The position numbers and the translations under genes were made by a program. DNA of 63,954 nt, filler included, from Nemertoderma westbladi (Eukaryota; Animalia; Xenacoelomorpha), in the NCBI GenBank assembly GCA_032718475.1. It is 4 parts of 4 records of this genome, joined end to end, with 100 filler letters (N's around TTAATTAATTAA, not from the genome) between each part and the next. Parts side by side here need not be neighbours in the genome. Positions count along the whole stretch, not along the records: positions 1 to 25,401 come from JAUCBJ010003980.1; 3 more parts are not named here. One strand, written 5' to 3'. Of this stretch, positions 1 through 12,034 are shown in pieces. How positions within the stretch are numbered: the stretch's first letter is position 1; each line of letters opens with the position of its first letter. The notes under the pieces are model-generated. The model ran no database searches and was not told where the DNA came from. It worked only from the letters and a program-made list of their open reading frames with translations.

Positions 1-191
1 TACCTAGCAACGCTATCAGCTGGTTTCAAAATAGAGGAACAAAAACTAGAGGAACTATTTCAGGAGCCTTTAAAACAACTATAAACACTATTTCATGATT
101 GAATTTAATGGAGTTATCAAGATGAAGTTAACCCTACAGTAACAGTACTCAGACACCGGTCAGCCATTACATTACATTACCACTCAGATTT

Positions 192-1253
192 GGTGTGCGG
201 ACACTTCCCCCCGGACACTTCCCCCCCGGACAGTTCCCCCCCGTTCAAGTAGGACACTTCCCCCCGGACACTTCCCCCCAGACACCCCCCCCCCCCCCCC
301 GACTGTTCTTAACTTTGCACATTATTATTTTTCATTTTGTAAGGTAAACGGACCGCTTGTATCCAGACAAGTTGTATCCAATTTTCCTTTCGTAGCTCAG
401 AAAGTGATCTTTTGCATCCCAATTTTACATTTTATATCCAAGTTATATTTATGGGTTTTATCAATGCAATTACATTGTATTGTTTTCTAATCTTTAAACA
501 ATTAATTAGATGACCTATAAATTCCATCCCCCGAATGATATACTGTTTTTATTAACTATAGAATTATAATAATTAATTGTTTTAATTATAGGTATTATTA
601 CTCTTCTTCAAATTGTAGCAGATGTGGATGAATATTATTATTGCAATCAAAACTATACCTCTCCAGGGTAAAATCGACATGCATCGACCTGTATTTTGTG
701 TTCAGCATTACATATTGAAAATTAATTAAATTTCCTGGTTACTTGCAATATTTTTAATTGGATTTTGTTGAATTATATAATATTGTAGTAATTTATATAT
801 TAATTTGGTTAACATTCAATACAGCTCTTACTTTAGGCTTAGTCAATTTATTATCTGATGTTACAAAATGAATTGATTATTTCAAAATGGTCTTAAAGTC
901 TTCCACCACGGGCACACAGGGAAATGCCGGGGTTTAGGGGCGCAGCCCCCAACGAAAGAAGAGGGGGTTTACAATAAAAAGAATAACAGACAAAATTTGA
1001 CTATAAAAATGTTTCTTTTATAATTTTGAAAAACCTTGACTATATACTTGTCCTGTAACCATCTTTAACTTTTGTTAATTGCTTTGGTGCACCCAGATTA
1101 ATTTTAACACTTTAACTGAGGGGGAAGTGTCCGGGGGGGAAGTGTCCTACTTGGACGGGGGGGAAGTGTCCGGGGGGGAAGTGTCCGGGGGGAAGTGTCC
1201 TACTTGGGCGGGGGGGGGGGGGGGGTGTCCGGGGGGGGAAGTGTCCTAGATCC
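192..1253. mobile_element. Non-autonomous Mutator-like (MULE) element, family A copy 1
   Basis: Starts GGTGTGCGGACAC and ends GTGTCCTAGATCC. Inverted arrays of GGACACTTCCCCCC at both ends. 9-bp TSD ctcagattt/ctcagattc (183-191, 1254-1262). Second copy at 12035-13210. Confidence 0.85.
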
Positions 1254-1929
1254 CTCAGATTCACTTCCATTTTATTAATACAGCAACTACCTGCAGCACT
1301 ACAGAAACCCTTTCCTTGGTTCGATTTCATTGTATTAAAACGATGCATAATCGTCTGTACTTGAATACTGTATGTTGTATTGTGAATTGGAAATTAAAGT
1401 TACCTTTCTCTGCAAGTTATGTGTAATATTCTTAATTCAAAAACTTAAATACTAGCGGTAATATTGTTAACTCCCTCTAGCGGCCGATATTGATGTTGTG
1501 GGTCTGTGACCCTCTGTCACACTATATTAAATGTCAATGTTTACCAAATACCTAATAATTAATTGAGAACTACCCATGTCACTCAAATTAAATTCCATGA
1601 AGTGGTTCAAGTGTTATTAATCCTGGACAAATTGATATTTAGCGCCTCCTAGCGGCGGACCCTGTAAATGCACGACACTAGCACGATGCAAACTCGGTTT
1701 AATTACTTTGGGGACCGTCTTTTATATACCGGTATATATATACTGTATATATAATTTATACTGATATATATATAGCAATTGAGGGAAAGGAACAGGTTAC
1801 AGAGGCAGGCTTTTCTAACCATTGGTACCCGTATTCTAAGCTCTGAAGCTGGCGAACTTTCTTGGCTCGCCCCACAGTCTTTGTCAATTTAACCACTGAT
1901 TGTCAGTTCTGTCACAGGCCCTGTGTTAC

Positions 1930-2960
1930 CAGATACTACTACTACGATAAGCATGCTGCATTGCAGCTGCATTATATACATGTTATATAATATATATTAA
2001 GATTGCTCTGCCACAAAATTACGCCACCACAACTATCTCCCATGACATTTGCTAGATCATCCGCATCTTCAAGGCCAGTGTCCTTTAAGATGCGTCTCAA
2101 GAAAGTCATTATCTGTCCACTATGCTTATTCGCTCCATGAGGCCGCCAAAGCACAAGATTATCTTTAAAACCAATCAGGAAATAGTGATAAACAAAATGT
2201 TATAGATTTATGAGTTTATTATATTAATTTATACATAAAGTTCTGGAACATTTTATTTATGTATGAAATAGCTACCGGTGTGCAATAGAGATATTGAATT
2301 AAGGGAAATGAATGGGTCACATGTAACCAAAACAATAATGGAGTCAATAGCACTGGTACATTATAATTTTAGCTGGTAATCAATGCATTATTGGCTGCAT
2401 CTAGGTCATATAACAGGCAGTAATCTGATAATCTGAAAGAGCATATCTAAAGGAAGTTTGATGCCATTAACAATGCTGATGAAAGCAGGCAATAAGCACA
2501 GGCACAGCAATACTACTACTACAGATCGTAGTAGTACGATCGGCATGCTGCATTGCAGCTGCATTATATATATTACATATATAATAATAATGTTGTGCCG
2601 GCTAAAGACAAAATTGCGCCGCCACAACTCCCTATCACCCATGACGTTTGCTAGATCATCCGCATCTTCAAGGCCAGTGTCTTTTAAGATGCGTCTCAAG
2701 AAAGTTATGGGCTGTCCACCGTGCTTATTCGCCCCATGAGGGTGCCAAAGCACAAGATTATGCACTGGCTGGTCCTCACGGCGAAAGCAATGTCCTGCAA
2801 AGCGTAGGCGGCTCCGTTCAAGTGTCAAGCTAAGTGGAACCAATGAGACACATCCAATGTTATATAGTGTCTGGTTGTAGATGCGTTCATTGTACTTGAC
2901 ACACAATGAACCCGGCGCAGCATTCTTGTGAAAGTGCCATCCAAAGATAATTGGACCGTA
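1930..2960 (-). mobile_element. RTE-clade LINE 3' fragment with a local partial duplication
   Basis: ORF 2406-2906 has RLRFAGHCFR...LVLW...LKDTGL...M.DRELWR, typical of an RTE ORF2 C-terminus. About 1930-2162 duplicates about 2505-2760. Confidence 0.75.
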
Positions 2961-2972
2961 AGTAATTATTAA

Positions 2973-4517
2973 TAATTGAATCTGTGAAATGCAAAAGGGC
3001 GTAAGTCCGTTTTTGAGGTTTCGAGTTGAATAAAATTTTCTAGGGTAAAAAACTATGCTGATTTGATTGGTCGCGCCATCTAAGCCATATCTCTGTTTAT
3101 TAACGAGATAATTTCATGTAAAACTAAAGGTGGTTTTGATTTCAGTGGAAATGATATGAAGATGGTGTAACTACCAAAGATATACCCTTTTGCATCCCAC
3201 CACTTAAAAATTAACCTCATTTTTACACCACTTTATAAATATTGGTTGATGACTCACTCATATTATATGCTAAAAGTTACCTCATTATTTGATTTGCTGG
3301 ACATTTAGTGAGAAATGTGGCGGGAATTCAAAAAGCAGTTTAATCAAGCATGCCCAAACAACATGTGAATACAGGATTAGCCAGCCATAGTCATTTTGCA
3401 GTTTGCAGTTTGCACTAGGCTTACTACATAGGTTACATATTCAGTGGTATTATTACATAAGATATGCTTTTAGGGATTTTAGCGTTTTTAGGATTTAGAT
3501 AGAATCTATAACCTGTATTTTTGGTGAAAACCTGGTATTCTTCACATTATTCTTCACTGGTATCCTTTTATAGATTATTTTATACATACAGTACAATTAA
3601 CCAGTTATCCTTCTTTGAAATACCCTACACGATAGCCTATGGTATACTGTATGTTTGTTATATGAGGTTGTCAGATTGTTTGAACTGAAAGTTGTACAGT
3701 AGGCCTACAATCCAACTCGATTTTTAAGCTGCTAGGTGACTCAAGTTGTTTGCTATATCCAGATATCGGGTAACGGTGTGACAGTCAATGTCAACCTCAC
3801 AGTAGTGTCGTCAGCTACCCGGTATCATGTAATACCATAGGCCTAATGATAGTTTTTCTGCCTCTATGCTAATACAGTAGAAGGACGTTATTTGTAAATA
3901 CATGTACTTCTTGCTGTAAATTTCAGTCACTTTTTCTTTGAAATTGTGAGATTTAAAATCACCTTTAAATTTTGCTCTATAAGAAATATACTAAAAAAAT
4001 CTGAAATGATTACCCGTTTAAATTTTTGTAAAATACTAGATTTTCACCTGCGGTTAAATCAGTATTATTCTTCAACCTATTTTAACTTTCTACACAAAGA
4101 CCTCCTCATATTTTTATATCTAGTTTTCAAATAAAGTCAATTTAATGAGTATAATGTTAATTTAGAGGCTTACAAGTTTTATGCAAATTTCCAAAGAATA
4201 TGAATTTATATAAAAAATACATGCAAAATAGAAAGGTCTAAACTGCTGTAACCCCTTCAGGCATAAATAAACTATTTCTTGGCAGTTTTATAGAGGCAAA
4301 AAAAGGTGTACCTTTTTTTTACTTTTAAAATTTTTTCACAATAATAATGCTGGATAGCTATTATTGCACTTAAAAACCCCCAAAAAGCAAAAATATCTAA
4401 TTTTATGTCAAAATCTTATTGATATAAATTAAAAGCTTTTGGAATAATTAAGTTTTTTAAATTTTTCTCATTTGTGCATTTTGGTAGTTACTTTTGCAAA
4501 ACCAAGCGCTTCAATTA
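2973..4517. mobile_element. Possible non-autonomous DNA transposon
   Basis: Imperfect inverted ends (taattgaa...tgcaaaag / cttttgca...ttcaatta) sit between the RTE breakpoint and the FReD-paralogue 3' flank. No coding capacity. Confidence 0.3.
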
Positions 4518-5076
4518 CTTAGGTAATTATTGGACTCTCATATAAGAGTATATCTAAGTAACCAGAAAAAAAATCAGCATTGAGTTTTTAACATGAGATC
4601 CTCTTAGAACCAACTGCGATATTAAATTTATTAGTTGTAACAGAAGCGGGATATTTAAATAATATTAATAATGTCTGGGAGTTGTGAACAATCTACTCCA
4701 CATAGACACGCGTCAAAAGGGACGGAATAGGGTTTCTTTTATTTTTTTATTAAATCGATAATAAAGTTGCATTACTTAAAATACCATCTAAAATTGTAAC
4801 AGATTTGTTGCGGTTTGAAATAAAGTTTCTAGTAGATTAAATTATTACAGGTTATTTATTTTGAGCGAAACATGAATCCAATCAGCATATGATTACTACA
4901 TACAAATATAGTCTCGTTACGTTAACCTTCTCAGTAAGGTAAGTATTTCCGCTTCTACGTATTGTTGCAATTTCAGTAACAAGTTAGGTAACTTTTATCC
5001 TCATTTCAATAAATACTTTGAAATGGTCTAGTAACGTTACACTACGTAAAATACCATCTATCATTTTCACACAGTT

Positions 5077-8000
5077 CACAGTGGGCCAGAAACCCTGTTT
5101 TGCGGCCAAAATTCATTATTTCTAAAAATATTCATGATTTGAGCACAATTTTTAACCTGTAAGGGTTTTCGGCAGCGGCGAATCTTCTGAGATGGGTTTC
5201 AAATTCTCAAATGGTAGCTTTGTGCCATTTCTGGCACGTGCCAAAATCGGCATATTTGGCAAACACAATAGACACAGGCAGAATGGCACAGATTTCGGTT
5301 TCACAAGGTTTAACAGGGTGCTGACAGGGTTTAACTAGGAATGATTTGTCAATGCCAAGTATTCTGGCAGAGACCTCAGCATTTTGGAATACCCTTCTTG
5401 CTGTATTTCCATCATTGGAAGTACCAGAGCCACCATATTTGGGTTGATCTATGATTAACCCAAGTTCAGTATGAAACTGGTCTTGGATCAGTGCTTTCTC
5501 CGTTTTCATAATCTGCTTTGCAGTTTTACCCCTAACAGACCATACTTTAAGTGTTCTTCTGTAGGCTATATGCAGCAAGCATTCCAGAAAACGGATCCAC
5601 TGATGAAGTGTGGAAAGACCATGGTGGTACATGGAGTTCTTTTCTGTGACTTTTCTCTTCAACAGAAGGTCAATTTCATTCATAAGTGAAGGTGTGGCGC
5701 CACACAAAGAACAACTTTGGCTGCTGTCAGTCATATCAGACAGCGCGGTGTGTACCTTGCCATCTATCATTGTTACATCAATGATGTGCATTACTGAGAG
5801 CTTAGACAGAGAGGTATCAGCAGGGATGACTTCACTACAGCTTGATTTTACATCAGCTATTTCTTTAAATAGCCTCTCTTGCTCATCGGTGATTCGCTGA
5901 GTTGTTTCTTTGGTATACTCGAAGCGAACTGGTCTACAATATAAGGTAGACGAAGGATGGTGGTTTCGCCATACAACCTTATGATGTGGGCTGCATTCTG
6001 TAAAAGCTCGGAGTTCCAGTGGAACCAAGCAAGTAATAAATATGGATGAGTCATCAGCAAAGTTTGCTCCAGAACTTGGAAGCTGTTTGTATGAGGACTG
6101 TCCAGTGCTCCCATCAAAACCCACCTTGCTTCGCAACACCATTCGGCAAATATCGCCCGTATTAGTGATGATTGAGTGAATTACTTCACTACTAGTGTCA
6201 CAAATACGTTTGGTGGTATGGTCAAGCAGGTTTTGCAATGGGACAGATGCCTGATAATCCTGGGAAATTATTCCTAATGGGTAACACCTATTTTTGGCTT
6301 CCCGGACGTGATTGTATGCTGGGTAGATGTTGACACCCTTAGAACATGCTTTGTTTCTGATTATCTGGTATATTGATTTACTTAATTTTCCATCGAGCAT
6401 TAGTGCAAGAGCTTCATCATCAGAATATACTACAGATGATTCGGGCTCGGTAGAAACATGCTTGATTATTTCAGATGTACGTTTTCTACCTTCAGCTTTC
6501 AAGGAAGCTGCAGTTGCTGCGACAAGAACAGGAGTTTTAAATTCCGATGTTATTTCCTGTACTCGTCTGCGTTTCGTACGATCTGAAGCTTCCCCAACGT
6601 CTATTGTTCTTCTACCTGATTTATTTTTGCGAGAAAAATAATTATTTTCTCCCGCCTCAACACTCATATGATCTTGCTGATGTTGTTGTTGCTGAGGTGT
6701 AACTGGCGATGGTAAACAATCACCTTCAGCTACAAAGGTCGAATGAAGCCATGCATAATTTTTATGTTCGAATTTAGACAGGATTCGACATGCTGATTGC
6801 CACTTAGCTCTGTACTTTATTAAGAATGTTCTAAGAATTTTACCAACTTTCAAAGATGAGGCAGATGGGTTCTGCTCCATGACAAAATTTAAAAGAGCAT
6901 CAAATTGAGTAATTGGGGATTTTCCCTCTAGGTTGGACCTGATATAATTATGTAGATCAATACGCAACATTTTGTTTGTACTATTTTACTTAATATTTAA
7001 ATATTATATTTGTGATAAGATGTATTTATAGATTCTCATAAACTTTTAAAAAATGTGCTGTAATTTTAATTTATAGAGTAAGAAGTGATAGCAGAGCCAG
7101 AAGTGATTGCAAAGCAAGTTAACTCAAGATTATATAAGTCAATACTTGTATTTATTATACTAATTTAAGTCACATTGTGCAGTACATCGCATTATTCAAG
7201 TGACTGTCTGACTATGAGATATAATTATCCAACATGACAAAGAAGTATTATACTTTCCATGCTGCTGCTTATATAAGACGATACCGGTATTTTATATACT
7301 AATTTAAAACACACTGTGCTGTGCAGTACATCGCATTATTCCAGTATCCAGTAGTGACTGTCTGACTGTGAGGTATAATTCTCCAACATGACAATGAATC
7401 ATTATACTTTCCATGCTGCTCCTTTATAGTGGAATTGGCAGGTACAACCTACGCAATTAGCCAATCACAAACCTTAACAACCTCAATATTACAGAGCCAT
7501 TGAGATTGGCTAAATGAAACCAGATAAGAATAGTGAGTAGAGTAGATGATGGTGTCATGGCACTCAGAGAACCTGCAAACAGCCTAAAAATCAAAATATC
7601 GTAAAATTCTGCTGGTCAACTTTTTTGATTTCTCATAAAAGTAGCAGATGGTAGCAGCTAATTTTTGATGTTTTTCAACCATGAATGATCGAGTAACAAA
7701 ATCTGATACAAATTTTTGCGGAGCTCAGCGGAGCTTTTTTTCCCTGGCTTCCTAAAATTTAAAATTATCACATTTTGTAAATATTTTAGAACATTTTACA
7801 ATATAAATTTTAAACTATTGCCCCTACCAACTCGATTGTGTCATTTTTGGAATCTACTGGAAGAGTAGAACATTTTGAAAAAAAAAATTTTTCAATTTGA
7901 ATAAAATGTTTTGATTTTATTGGAAAAATATTTATTTTGTGTATAAAATGTGAAAATTGTGCAAAAAATTCTAGAATTTTGAAATTTTTGCCAAAATCAG

Positions 8001-8134
8001 AAAATTTTGAAATAAAAAAATTTTTTTTTGCTTTTTTTTAGTCAATATATATATCACCTTTAACTTGGGATGCCAAAAAAAAAAATTTGAAAACATTATT
8101 TTTTTTGAGTTTTGACCACCTCTGGCCCACTGTG
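5077..8134 (-). mobile_element. Transib DNA transposon (3058 bp), internally deleted
   Basis: TIRs CACAGTGGGCCAGA (14 bp perfect) at 5077 and, reverse-complemented, at 8134. AGTT duplicated at 5073-5076 and 8135-8138. Encodes a Transib transposase. Confidence 0.95.
5207..6970 (-). CDS. Transib (RAG1-core-like) transposase, C-terminally truncated
   Basis: Motifs KVGFDGSTGQSSYKQ (first catalytic D), PSSTLYCRPVRF, TMIDGK (second D), CSLC, GLSTLHQWIRFLECLLHIAY, SNDGNTARR. NBD-like SGRRT...SDRTKRRR. Similarity ends after ILGID, so the HK..H and SEE.QE (catalytic E) motifs are absent. Confidence 0.92.
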   Translation of the reverse strand: MLRIDLHNYIRSNLEGKSPITQFDALLNFVMEQNPSASSLKVGKILRTFLIKYRAKWQSACRILSKFEHKNYAWLHSTFVAEGDCLPSPVTPQQQQHQQDHMSVEAGENNYFSRKNKSGRRTIDVGEASDRTKRRRVQEITSEFKTPVLVAATAASLKAEGRKRTSEIIKHVSTEPESSVVYSDDEALALMLDGKLSKSIYQIIRNKACSKGVNIYPAYNHVREAKNRCYPLGIISQDYQASVPLQNLLDHTTKRICDTSSEVIHSIITNTGDICRMVLRSKVGFDGSTGQSSYKQLPSSGANFADDSSIFITCLVPLELRAFTECSPHHKVVWRNHHPSSTLYCRPVRFEYTKETTQRITDEQERLFKEIADVKSSCSEVIPADTSLSKLSVMHIIDVTMIDGKVHTALSDMTDSSQSCSLCGATPSLMNEIDLLLKRKVTEKNSMYHHGLSTLHQWIRFLECLLHIAYRRTLKVWSVRGKTAKQIMKTEKALIQDQFHTELGLIIDQPKYGGSGTSNDGNTARRVFQNAEVSARILGIDKSFLVKPCQHPVKPCETEICAILPVSIVFAKYADFGTCQKWHKATI

Positions 8135-9500
8135 AGTTGTAGCGTTTTGAAATAAAGTTTGTAGTAGATTAAATTATTACAGGTTATTTATCTTGAGCGA
8201 AACATGAATCCAATCAGCATATGATTACTGCATACAAATATAGTTTCGTAATGTTGGCCTTCTCAGTAAGGTAAGTATTTCCGCTTCTACGTATTGTTGC
8301 AATTTCAGTAACAAGTTAGGTAACTTTTATCCTCATTTCAATAAATACTTTGAAATGGTCTAGTAACGTTACACTACGTAAAATACCATCTATCATTTTC
8401 ACACAGTTGTAGCGTTTTGAAATAAAGTTTGTAGTAGATTAAATTATTCCAGGTTATTTATCTTGAGCGAAACATGAATCCAATCAGCATATGATTACTA
8501 CATACAAATATAGTTTCGTTATCGTTTCGCCTTCTCAGTAAGGTAAGTATTTCCGCTTATACGCATTGTTTCAATATCAGTCACAAGTTAAGTAACTTTT
8601 ATCCTCATTTCAATAAATACTTTGAAATGGTCTAGTAATGTTACACTACGTAAAATACCATCTATCATTTTCACACATTTGTAGCGTTTTGAAATAAAGT
8701 TTGTAGTAGATTAAATTATTACAGGTTATTTATCTTGAGCGAAACATGAATCCAATCAGCATATGATTACTACATACAAATATAGTTTCGTTATCTTGGC
8801 CTTCTCAGTAAGGTAAGTATTTCCACTTATACGTATTGTTGCAATTTCAGTAACAAGTTAGGTAACTTTTATCCTCATTTCAATAAATACTTTGAAATGG
8901 TCTAGTAACGTTACACTACGTAAAATACCATCTATCATTTTCACACAGTTGTAGCGTTTTGAAATAAAGTTTGTAGTAGATTAAATTATTCCAGGTTATT
9001 TATCTTGAGCGAAACATGAATCCAATCAGCATATGATTACTACATACAAATATAGTTTCGTTATCTTGGCCTTCTCAGTAAGGTAAGTATTTCCACTTAT
9101 ACGTATTGTTGCAATTTCAGTAACAAGTTAGGTAACTTTTATCCTCATTTCAATAAATACTTTGAAATGGTCAAGTAACGTTACATTACGTAAATTACCA
9201 TCTAAAATTGTAACAGATTTGTTGCGTTTTGAAAAAAAGTTTCTAGTAGATTAAATTATTACAGGTTATTTATCTTGAGCGAAACATGAATCCAATCAGC
9301 ATATGATTACTACATACAAATATAGTTTCGTAATGTTGGCCTTCTCAGTAAGGTAAGTATTTCCGCTTCTACGTATTGTTTCAATTTCAGATAACTTTTA
9401 TCCTTATTTGAATTATTTGAAATGATCCTATTTTCACTCCATTTAAGGGTTTCCAATAAGTTCCAACAGCAAGTAATCGGATTTTGTTCTGTCGCCTTTC

Positions 9501-10201
9501 GGATAGTTCTTTTTACAGAACACAGTAGAACACAGCAGAACACAATAGAATACAGGCGGAACATAGGCAAGCACAGCTGTAATTAAAATCTACACCAAAA
9601 ATAACACACTTGGGAAAGTACCGAATTTAATCATACAACTGTAAGATGTCAATTACATATTTAAATTAAATGGCGGTTTTCCATATCCTCCAAAATAAAT
9701 TACTTCTCATTATCCTGTAACCAGGAGAGTTGGTTAGTTCTACAGCAGTACAGTACCGGTAGCTGAGTAGGCCTACATCAGTACATTGGTAATATACTCT
9801 ACACTGTGCCCGGTAATTGCCGGTAAATGCCTACATCTGTCTGCCTGTACAATGTACAGTCTGTCAGTCTGTACATGTCTCTACAGCACTAGGCCTACTG
9901 CAGTACTGGAATAGGCTGACAGGCAGACTGATGGACTAGTAACAGGTACAGGCCTAACCGAACAGCTGATCGGGCAACTCTGATCAGGTAATTTATTTTG
10001 GAGGATATGGTAAACCGCCATTTAATTTAAATATGTAATTCACATCTTACAGTTGTATGATTAAATCCGGTACTTTCCGAAGTGTGTTATTTTTTGGCGT
10101 AGATTTTAATTACAGCTGTGTTCGCCTATGTTCCGCCTGTATTCTATTGTGTTCTGCTGTGTTCTACTGTGATCTGCTGTGTTCTGTAAAAATATATATC
10201 C
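9501..10201. mobile_element. Foldback/MULE-type MITE with about 200-bp TIRs (family B)
   Basis: 9501-~9704 is the reverse complement of ~9988-10201 (GGATA...TATCC). 9-bp TSD tcgcctttc/ttgcctttc. Confidence 0.85.
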
Positions 10202-11080
10202 TTGCCTTTCGTATGTAATGAAAACCAATCAAAAACTCTTTTATTGGTGTTCCGAATCCCTCACCTCAATAATTCTTATCATGGTGCATTCGAATGATAG
10301 TTTACCATAAATTCGTTTCATTATTAACAGTTATTCCGCCTGCCACAATGTTACAAATATCTTTAATTTTGTAATATTCCCAAGTTTCAATTCCCGTTAC
10401 AATATGACTTGCATTTATCATATAAACTGTTTTCCTTCTCAAGTTGATCTTTATTTATTTCAAGTACAACTTGAAGGTTCAACTCGTCAATTAATATTTC
10501 GTTATAATCAGCAATCCTTTCGTCTAATAGATTCTGAACTTTCTCCTGCTTGTCCTCTTTCACTTTCTCCTCCACTAATTTATCTCTAATTGTAATATAA
10601 TTAATTAGTTCTTTAACAAGTTCTTGTGAAGTAGGCTCCCGTTTTGCTTTTAAAATGTGAAAGTAATGGGTTCGATCCTGGTTCAGATGTTTTGGTTTAA
10701 AGTTTATCCAGTTTCATTTACAGCCAGCTTTTAATTTCTTGTTATTTTACTTACGAGTGTCTTTACTGTTTACATATGAAAGTGTTTTGATGAATTTAGA
10801 TGAATCTTAAGTTACCAGAAAAAAATCAGCATTGAGTTTTTAAAAGAGATCCTCTCCAAACAAAAATTGCGATGTTTAATTTATTAGTTGGAAAGGAAGC
10901 GGAAAATTCAAATGATGTAAGTAATGTCCGGGAATTGTTGCAATTATTTATTACGGTTTATTACGATTTATTACGGATTATTAAGGTATATGATTACTAC
11001 AAATATTAGGTTTCGTTATTTATATCTACTCAGCATCAGCAAGTATTTCTGTTTGATATTGTTTCAATCTCAGTCACAAG

Positions 11081-11337
11081 TTAGGTAACTTCTATCCTCA
11101 TTTCTATGCTTTGAAATGGTCCTATTTTCTCTCTATTTCTGGGATTCCAATAAGTATTACTCATCTGTCCAAATAAATACGCCCCTGGCACGCAAGAAGA
11201 AATATCGAAAGAAGAATAATCGAAGTAATAATAGTAGTGCCACCACCCCTTAAACCCAGGGCAATATTTATCGCTATCTGCATTGAAATGAATCCGACCT
11301 TGGTTATCATTGAAGTACAACGTGTCGTCTGGATTAT
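11081..11337 (-). CDS. Fibrinogen-related-domain gene, terminal exon
   Basis: ttag acceptor at 11338. The phase-1 join to exon 1 gives YYYYS-DNPDDTLYF in frame. FReD C-terminal motifs C...KGWW, C...L.G, YW, PFQSIEMRI then stop. Confidence 0.8.
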
Positions 11338-12034
11338 CTAATAATAATACAAATTTATAAATGTATTAATTTGATTGTCAAGCTGATGTATCAATTTGAT
11401 TGTTAATATGATTGATGAGTAAAAGTCTAGGATTTACTTCAACTCCAACATAAATTAACCTTTGCACCAAACCAGTATCACGTTCCACCTAATATTTTTA
11501 ATTAGCTCTAATTAGCTGTAACTAACCTTCGGCAATCGAAACCCTAGACTTAAAGTGTCTTCAACCCTAAACCTAACTGGAAACCTGGTTTTCAACCCTA
11601 CCTTGAGCAAATATGGCCAATTAAAGCCAATTGGCCCTCAGGGTGACCCTAACCAGGGCCATAGACAGACCTATCATTTGGTGGTAAAGTGAGCCGTTTT
11701 GGGTGGTAAAGTGAGTTTATTTTGTGCAAAAAGATATCTAATTAGGTGTGCAAATAATTTGTTGGGTAAGTAAAACTGTTAACTATAACTTTACAATTAT
11801 TAACTGAACAAACTACAGTAGTGTGTAAAGTGTCACTTTACATTGTGTTAAACTGGGTGGTGCATCCCGTTGTCAGACGTTATTAGTGTACAGGGCTACC
11901 ACAGCTGTGAAATTTAAGCAGCTGCGTAAATGTGAAAATTAGAACGAATGCGAAAATAAAAGGATAAAGTCAAATTTCATATGCAAAATTCATTGATTGA
12001 ATAATTAAGGTTATTGTTAGTAAATGGGAGTTTG

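Larger units (their letters stand above)
4779..9430. repeat. 270-bp tandem repeat, about 6 copies, copy 2 split by the Transib
   Basis: The taaaatacc motif recurs at about 4777, 5047, 8379, 8651, 8921 and 9191. The unit contains the stop-codon region and 3' UTR of the FReD paralogue. Confidence 0.95.
4530..10660 (-). pseudogene. Decayed tandem paralogue of the fibrinogen-domain gene
   Basis: 10220-10650 matches exon 1 of the 11081-15067 gene (KREPTS.ELVKEL, EKVQ.L..E.I.D, SLY.KC, LIMKR..G.LSF, GFG.P.KEF.IGF) with stops and deletions. 9380-9465 matches the exon 2 end. 4550-4700 matches the 3' flank at 10805-10945. Confidence 0.75.

Noticed and set aside
6971-8100. Possible RAG2-like partner gene inside the Transib
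   Set aside because: AT-rich, no ORF of 60 aa or more and no kelch-like sequence; only a direct repeat of about 130 bp (7150-7420) and subterminal sequence.
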